Origin: Candidatus Saccharimonadota bacterium
GTDB taxonomy: Bacteria > Pseudomonadota > Alphaproteobacteria > CAJXXZ01 > 1604HC
Assembly: GCF_008189285.1 (NCBI RefSeq)
Contig: NZ_CP043315.1
Coordinates: forward strand, 60,001 to 92,000
Direction: 5' to 3'
Length of the DNA: 32,000 nucleotides
The position numbers and the translations under genes are program-made. The notes under the pieces are model-generated. The model did no database searches and was not told the origin of the DNA. It worked only from the letters and a program-made list of their open reading frames with translations. This document shows, one piece after another, positions 26,964 to 32,000 of this stretch. Position 1 is the stretch's first letter; every line of letters starts with the position of its first letter.

Positions 26964-27245
26964 AAACCAATGACTGTTATTTATGAATGAAATTTATTAT
27001 GCACATGCGCAAAATTATCGGCAACATTATGTAAATTATAGGCAATATTATTCAAACTGTTCCTATTCATGAAATTGGCTTGAAATTGCTAAAAGCAAAT
27101 AGAATGAATGAAATTTTTAAATTTAGGTTGTTGATTTATGAAATTTTCAAATAAGAAAACAGGCTGCTAAATTTTTTAATTAACTTGATTGAAAAATGAA
27201 TTTAATGATTAAGATGTATTTATCATTAAATTGCATGCAAATTAC

Positions 27246-27275
27246 TTAAAAAACAAATAGGCGGATTATACGCCC
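27246..27275 (-). terminator. possible weak intrinsic terminator overlapping the stop codon of the repeat protein
   Basis: The minus strand reads GGCG-TATAATC-CGCC followed by TATTTGTTTTTT. The stem is only 4-5 bp. Confidence 0.3.
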
Positions 27276-29050
27276 TCTTGAAACCCTCCATCAGTTAATA
27301 TATTTCCTATGTACTGAATGCGCTTGTTATCTTCCAGTTTTTCATGAAAAAGCCTCACGCTAATTCTTCCATCAATATATATACATATCTCTGCTCTATA
27401 TGCATTGTTGCACATCAATCTCCCTGCTTGTTTATCAATTAGTTTATTTTTCATAGGCTGTTTATTTTTATATAAATGATATGAATCATCCCCTCTTAGA
27501 AGTGCGTATTCTTTTGTAAATGGGAGCTTTGTTCCTTTTTCAATTAACATTGTATTCTTATCATTTTTTATTTCAAAATCAAATGGCAAAGCATGGCTGA
27601 ATCTATTGTATAATTCATCGACTTTCTTAGCTTTTTCTTTCATTTCATCAAATTGCTTTTTATTGCGTTTTTCTAATTTAGCATCTTTCTTTTTTAGCTC
27701 TTCAATCTTCTGATCTTGCTCTTGTTTAGTTGATTTTGAAAGTTTGCTAATTGCATCAAATTGCTCTTGATTGCGTTTTTCTAATTCAGCATCTTTCTTT
27801 TTTAGCTCTTCAATCTTCTGATCTTGCTCTTGTTTAGTTGATTTTGAAAGTTTGCTCATTGCATCAAATTGCTCTTTATTACGCTTTTCTAATGCAGCAT
27901 CTTTCTTTTTTAGCTCTTCAATCTTCTGATCTTGCTCTTGTTTAGTTGATTTTGAAAGTTTGCTCATTGCATCAAATTGCTCTTTATTACGCTTTTCTAA
28001 TGCAGCATTTTTCCTTTTCAACTCTTCAATTCTCTGATCTTGCTCTTGATTGCGTTTTTCTGATTCAGAATCTTTCTTAATCAATGATAAAATAAGATTG
28101 TTAGTTACAGTTTGATATGAAAGTTGATAATCCTTATTCATTTGTATTTCTAGTTGATTCCATGATATGTCTTGCTCATTTTGCAATAAAATTCTGCGAA
28201 TATTCTCATCTTGCTCAGAGAAATCTATGTAATGTTGTATGAATTCGCTTAATAATGCATTAGAATATTTTTGCGCTTCATCAATCATAGTTGAAGATTG
28301 CGCAATTCTTATATTTGCCTCTTCTGCTAAAAATGAACTTTTTATGGAATTGAATTCGTCGTCCTGTTCTTTGGCTGTTCTATTTCGATCTAGAGTGGAA
28401 TATTCTGCTGTATATGATAAATATTTATTTAGTAGAATGACAAATTGATGAATTTGATTTCTTTCGATATAAAGTCTGTGACATTCTTCTCCAACTATTT
28501 TTCTTAATGTTCGTTCGTTAATTGAGCAAATTTCCATTAGATAAGAAACAATTTGATTGTTTTCATTTAAGAATTCATCAGATAATTCAATATAGAATTT
28601 GTCATATTCTGCATTTATCATTGCTCTTTCTGCCGCTTCTAATTGCTCAGTTCTGCTTTCTTGTGATTTGTCAGCACTTTCGCATTTATATGTAGAGGTC
28701 ACTTCATCTGTTTCAGATTCTGCGTCATTAAATTTCATTTCATCCAATAATGCATTTAATTGTTTCTGGGTTGCTATATCTGTGGTTCTAGATGCGATAG
28801 AAAGCAATGCTGCAATTTGCTTTGATGGAATATCTTTTGGATCAATGACAGATCCAGTTTCGCTATCAGTATGCAAGTCATGGTAAATCCCTGCTTGTTC
28901 GCTAATATCACTATTTTGGCATGGCGCAACGGAACATGTGCTTGACTGAGATAGAGGATTTAGACTTGGGCTTAATCCCATATGCCCAGCATTTTCACCG
29001 CCTGATACAATGCATTGAGCTATGCATAAGCAAAGTATTTTTGTTTTCAC
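27266..29050 (-). CDS. orphan exported protein: signal peptide, helical acidic region, 4 x 36-aa coiled-coil repeats and an unknown C-terminal domain
   Basis: GTG 29050 is preceded by AAAAGGGGTGA with 4-nt spacing. The N-terminus MKTKILCLCIAQCIVSGG looks like a signal peptide. It is a long uninterrupted ORF in an AT-rich background, and I recognise no family. Confidence 0.75.
   Translation of the reverse strand: MKTKILCLCIAQCIVSGGENAGHMGLSPSLNPLSQSSTCSVAPCQNSDISEQAGIYHDLHTDSETGSVIDPKDIPSKQIAALLSIASRTTDIATQKQLNALLDEMKFNDAESETDEVTSTYKCESADKSQESRTEQLEAAERAMINAEYDKFYIELSDEFLNENNQIVSYLMEICSINERTLRKIVGEECHRLYIERNQIHQFVILLNKYLSYTAEYSTLDRNRTAKEQDDEFNSIKSSFLAEEANIRIAQSSTMIDEAQKYSNALLSEFIQHYIDFSEQDENIRRILLQNEQDISWNQLEIQMNKDYQLSYQTVTNNLILSLIKKDSESEKRNQEQDQRIEELKRKNAALEKRNKEQFDAMSKLSKSTKQEQDQKIEELKKKDAALEKRNKEQFDAMSKLSKSTKQEQDQKIEELKKKDAELEKRNQEQFDAISKLSKSTKQEQDQKIEELKKKDAKLEKRNKKQFDEMKEKAKKVDELYNRFSHALPFDFEIKNDKNTMLIEKGTKLPFTKEYALLRGDDSYHLYKNKQPMKNKLIDKQAGRLMCNNAYRAEICIYIDGRISVRLFHEKLEDNKRIQYIGNILTDGGFQEGV
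27640..28075. repeat. 108-bp in-frame tandem repeat, about 4 copies, inside the orphan CDS
   Basis: Units start at 27681, 27789, 27897 and 28005 (the last diverged), with a partial unit at about 27640. Units 27789-27896 and 27897-28004 read identically. Confidence 0.95.
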
Positions 29051-29076
29051 AAATCACCCCTTTTCTTTTTTACTGT

Positions 29077-29103
29077 TTTATATATATTTGAGTGAATAGT
29101 CAA
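29077..29103 (-). promoter_or_regulatory. possible sigma70-type promoter for the orphan gene (TTGACT-15 nt-TATAAA)
   Basis: Minus strand: TTGACT at 29103-29098 and TATAAA at 29082-29077. The spacer is short, and AT-rich DNA yields many -10-like hexamers. Confidence 0.25.
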
Positions 29104-29413
29104 GCAATTTTATCCTTTGAATTATATTGTAGTTGAAATAATAAATTAGAATTCTGACAATCCATATAATTTACTTTAAATTCATTCTATTTTTCATCTA
29201 TTTATAAATAGAAATTGATTTAAATTAGAGGGAAACTTTTTCTAGATCAATTGCCTTTCTTGCCAAACTGATTATGCTGTCAAATAGATGAGAGATTAAA
29301 TAAATATTGAGAATTTCAACAGCAATTTTCATTTCGTTGAGAGAGCTGAATGTTGAAAAAGTATAAATTTTTCATTAATGGGAATTAGATTTTATGGATT
29401 TGCAAAGTATTTT

Positions 29414-29932
29414 TTATGCTAATGAGTCAGATTCAATCAAATTTTTGATCTTTTCTTTCCAATGCGATAAATCGCTTTTTGCTAATACAAAATCTCCAAC
29501 TCCTTCACCAGGATGCCCAATGCCAAGTCTGATTCTGTGATAATTTTGACCAATTGAGCTTGTAATGCTTTTCAATCCATTGTGCCCACCAGAGCCTCCA
29601 CCTTCTTTGAATCTGATTTCTCCATCTTTAAGATTTAATTCATCATGAATTATTAATATTTCTTCCGGCTTACATTTATTTTTGCTTATATAAGATAAAA
29701 CAGCTAATCCAGAAGCATTCATATAAGTAGACGGCTTCATCATATTGAAAGTTTGATTTTTTGAAATTAAAAAGTTTGATTTTTTATCTGATGTAAAATC
29801 GCTTAAATTGCGAATTTCTTTTAGAATATCTAGAAAAATAAATCCAAGATTATGTCTTGTATTATCATATCTAGTTCCAATATTTCCAAGTCCGACTATT
29901 AATTTATAATTATCAAACTTCATTTGCTTCAT
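29414..29932 (-). CDS. pth: peptidyl-tRNA hydrolase
   Basis: LIVGLGNIGTRYDNTRHNLGF and GGSGGHNGLKS. It overlaps the rplY stop by 1 nt. Confidence 0.9.
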   Translation of the reverse strand: MKQMKFDNYKLIVGLGNIGTRYDNTRHNLGFIFLDILKEIRNLSDFTSDKKSNFLISKNQTFNMMKPSTYMNASGLAVLSYISKNKCKPEEILIIHDELNLKDGEIRFKEGGGSGGHNGLKSITSSIGQNYHRIRLGIGHPGEGVGDFVLAKSDLSHWKEKIKNLIESDSLA

Positions 29933-30492
29933 TATTCCTTAGGTTTTGAAGGAGCAATAATGTTTGCAAGGGTATCATTCTCAGTTAACCTAAGAACTTG
30001 AATGTCAGTAGGAATTTCTAGATCTTTCAATCTTATTACATCGCCAATTGCGCTATTTTTCAAATCAAAATTGATCGCAGAAGGGATGTTGTCAGAGCTA
30101 ACAACAGCTTTAATTCCCTTTGTCAAAACATTCAAAATTCCTCCTAATTTAATTCCAGGAGATATTTCTTTATTTTTGAATGATATAGGAAGAGTAACTG
30201 TCATTTTTCTGTTAGGCTCTATAGCAAATAAATCTATATGAAGCGGCTTTCCACTCAATGGATGGTATTGCACATCCTTAATTAGCGCTTTGTATGATTT
30301 ATTATTTAATGAAAAATCCAATTGAGATATCATTGCGTTTGGTTGAGTAAGCATGTGCTTAGCACTTTTGTAATCAATAGAAGCGTGTTCATGGCTATTT
30401 TTTGAATACAATACAACAGGAACTTTTTCCTGCTTTCTTGCTTCTTTTGCAGCTTTGCTTCCTATATTTCTAGAAAAAAGATTTATATTCAT
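29932..30492 (-). CDS. rplY: 50S ribosomal protein L25 (Ctc form)
   Basis: ARKQEKVPVVLYSK, QYHPLSGKPLHIDL and the classic rplY-pth gene pair. Confidence 0.85.
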   Translation of the reverse strand: MNINLFSRNIGSKAAKEARKQEKVPVVLYSKNSHEHASIDYKSAKHMLTQPNAMISQLDFSLNNKSYKALIKDVQYHPLSGKPLHIDLFAIEPNRKMTVTLPISFKNKEISPGIKLGGILNVLTKGIKAVVSSDNIPSAINFDLKNSAIGDVIRLKDLEIPTDIQVLRLTENDTLANIIAPSKPKE

Positions 30493-30687
30493 AATATATA
30501 TAATTTAACTCTTATTATTGTAAATTTCAATGCTGATGAATCAATGAAAATCATTATCGTGCATTTATCAGTAAATAAGAGTGAAAATTTAAAATAATTA
30601 ACAAGCAAACAAAGCTAATCAATAAATAAATTAGTTGAAAAAATTAATTGAAACAAATTTCGATTGGAGTATCGAAATTTCTGACAA

Positions 30688-30762
30688 GGCGAACAACCGG
30701 TCTCGAACCGGCGACCTCTAAAGCCACAATCTAGCGCTCTAACCAACTGAGCTATGCCCGCC
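30688..30762 (-). tRNA. tRNA-His (anticodon GTG), genome-encoded G-1 and C73, no encoded CCA
   Basis: The hand-folded cloverleaf is G(-1)-GCGGGCA-TA-GCTC-AGTTGGTTA-GAGC-G-CTAGA-TTGTGGC-TTTAG-AGGTC-GCCGG-TTCGAGA-CCGGT-TGTTCGC-C. All stems pair, with a few G-T wobbles. Confidence 0.9.
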
Positions 30763-30789
30763 ATCAACATAAGAATACAAAACAAATTT

Positions 30790-30930
30790 ATGAATGACAA
30801 GTATATTATGAATGATAAGTGAATTTTGAATAATTTAAAAATTTATGAATGATAGATGCATTTTGATAAATGCATTTTGATAATTTAAAATTTAAAGTTA
30901 AATAATTTTCAAAGTTAAATAATTTAAAAA
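30790..30930. repeat. cluster of short direct duplications in the tRNA-His/gmk spacer
   Basis: ATGAATGA(C/T)A occurs at 30790, 30808 and 30845. ATGCATTTTGATAA occurs twice, and AAAGTTAAATAATTT occurs twice. Confidence 0.6.
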
Positions 30931-30957
30931 TGTTAAAAAAATTAATTTTATGCTAAT

Positions 30958-31506
30958 ATGATCTCCATGAAGAAAATTGTAGTTCTAGTTGGGCCTTCCG
31001 GATCTGGAAAAACCTCGTTGGCTAATGCTCTTTCTTCAAAAGGTTTTTATAAACCCGTTACTTGCACCACTAGGTGTAAGAGACATAACGAAAAAAATGG
31101 GATTGATTACTTCTTTATTTCAGAGGAAGAATTCATTAACAAAAAGTACAATCAAGAATTAGTTGATTACGATTATGTTTTTGGAACTTGGTATGGAGTT
31201 GAAAGGGCAGAATTTCAAAAAAATGATAGCAATATCGTGATGCCTGCAACTTTTAAAGGGGTGTCGAATTTAAAATCTCATTTTGATAATGTTAGGTCTG
31301 TTTTTCTTAATCCTCCTAATGAAAATGTTTTAATGGAGAGAATGAGAGAGAGAATGATGTGTGAAAAATTGATAAATGACAGAATTCTAAATATTCGAGA
31401 TGAAATGCGCAATATGGAGAAATGTGATTATGTAATTTCTACTGATCAAGATTTAGATGCATCATGCACAGATTTAGAAAGGATCTTATGTTTGAAAAAT
31501 TTTTAA
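30958..31506 (+). CDS. gmk: guanylate kinase
   Basis: P-loop GPSGSGKTS and TTRCKRHNEKNGIDYFFISEEEF. ATG 30967 is an alternative start. Confidence 0.85.
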   Translation: MISMKKIVVLVGPSGSGKTSLANALSSKGFYKPVTCTTRCKRHNEKNGIDYFFISEEEFINKKYNQELVDYDYVFGTWYGVERAEFQKNDSNIVMPATFKGVSNLKSHFDNVRSVFLNPPNENVLMERMRERMMCEKLINDRILNIRDEMRNMEKCDYVISTDQDLDASCTDLERILCLKNF

Positions 31507-32000
31507 AAAGATACAAGTTGTATAAAAATTCTGAGCATTATTTGAGAAATAATATAATTTTAGCTCTTGGAGCTGTGAGCGCTGCAGTTTATGCGCTATG
31601 TTTTCACACTTTAATATACTGGTTGGCAGATTTGGAAGTTTCAGCGAAATCTCTTGGATTTGTCAGTCTTGGATATGTTGTAAGTGCGCTGAAAATTTTC
31701 TGGATTCCAATTTTTGAGAAATTTGATGTACCGTATTTGAAGAATTTCCTAGACAGACGAGCGTCATGGATTTTTCTTTGCATATTTATATCCGGTATTT
31801 TAATATCGATTGTGAGTTTTTTGCATCCTTTGCAAGATACTTACTATTTTGCAACATGCATTGCATTGTCTTTTTGTTGTTTTAATATAATGGATACATT
31901 ATTGAGAGCTCAAATATTGAAACTAGCCACAGATGATAAAGATCAGACAACCATTGTTGGATTAGGGGCATTTGGTTTCAGAACAAGCATGTATGTATGC
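31488..32000 (+). CDS. ampG: AmpG-like MFS permease (N-terminal 171 codons; continues past the window)
   Basis: My own translation from ATG 31488 is open to the window end. ILALGAVSAAVYALCFHTLIYWLADLEVSAKSLGFVSLGYVVSALKIFWIPIFEKFDVPYL..DRRASWIF matches the AmpG N-terminal pattern (L..WL...G.s...iG.fsl....Y..KflW.P..D). It overlaps the gmk end by 19 nt. Confidence 0.65.
   Translation, partial: MFEKFLKRYKLYKNSEHYLRNNIILALGAVSAAVYALCFHTLIYWLADLEVSAKSLGFVSLGYVVSALKIFWIPIFEKFDVPYLKNFLDRRASWIFLCIFISGILISIVSFLHPLQDTYYFATCIALSFCCFNIMDTLLRAQILKLATDDKDQTTIVGLGAFGFRTSMYVC

Noticed and set aside
28239-28886. Plus-strand ORFs 28239..28448 and 28599..28886 opposite the orphan repeat protein
   Set aside because: They are short and lack an SD, and the 594-aa minus frame is far longer than chance allows in AT-rich DNA. 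I treat them as shadows.
30615-30800. 61-aa minus-strand ORF
   Set aside because: Its central part is the tRNA-His gene (30688..30762). The open frame is caused by the GC-rich tRNA sequence.
29051-30957. Genomic island or integrated element next to tRNA-His
   Set aside because: There is no integrase, no direct repeat of the tRNA 3' end, and the tRNA neighbours are core genes (rplY-pth, gmk). The orphan gene is separated from the tRNA by rplY-pth.

Overview
This is a visibly AT-rich 32-kb chromosomal segment. Its gene content fits a reduced, obligately intracellular alphaproteobacterium (Rickettsiales/Holosporales-like); I cannot name the organism from sequence alone. I support 26 protein genes plus one doubtful small ORF and one tRNA-His. 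The genes are iscS (truncated by the window edge), two alpha/beta-hydrolase-fold genes, dapA, smpB, a MipZ-type ParA ATPase, two diverged ATP/ADP-translocase (tlc/NTT) paralogs, comM, a short ChpT-like histidine phosphotransferase, a two-domain S1 fragment, mltG, a small beta-barrel OMP candidate, recJ, gltX, an ABCD/SbmA-like ABC protein, an EamA/DMT transporter, holC, a CPA2 antiporter, secA, rpmB, pth, rplY, gmk and ampG (runs off the right edge). I found no rRNA, CRISPR, transposase, integrase or phage genes. The main lead is an orphan 594-aa signal-peptide protein (27266..29050, minus) with four near-identical 36-aa coiled-coil repeats and unrecognised N- and C-terminal domains, flanked by ORF-free spacers; it is a candidate secreted or surface effector. 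Other points worth a second look: an rpsA-like gene reduced to S1 domains 1-2 with a DSR-repeat tail, co-operonic with the ChpT-like gene; a perfect 75-bp duplication of that gene's 3' end; a 22-bp-phased GATAT array upstream of gltX; a 1.75-kb ORF-free spacer carrying a 9-bp microsatellite and 93-bp repeats; and two hydrolase-fold proteins that both have Gly where the nucleophile Ser should be. All family assignments come from motif recognition by eye. No database search was run.
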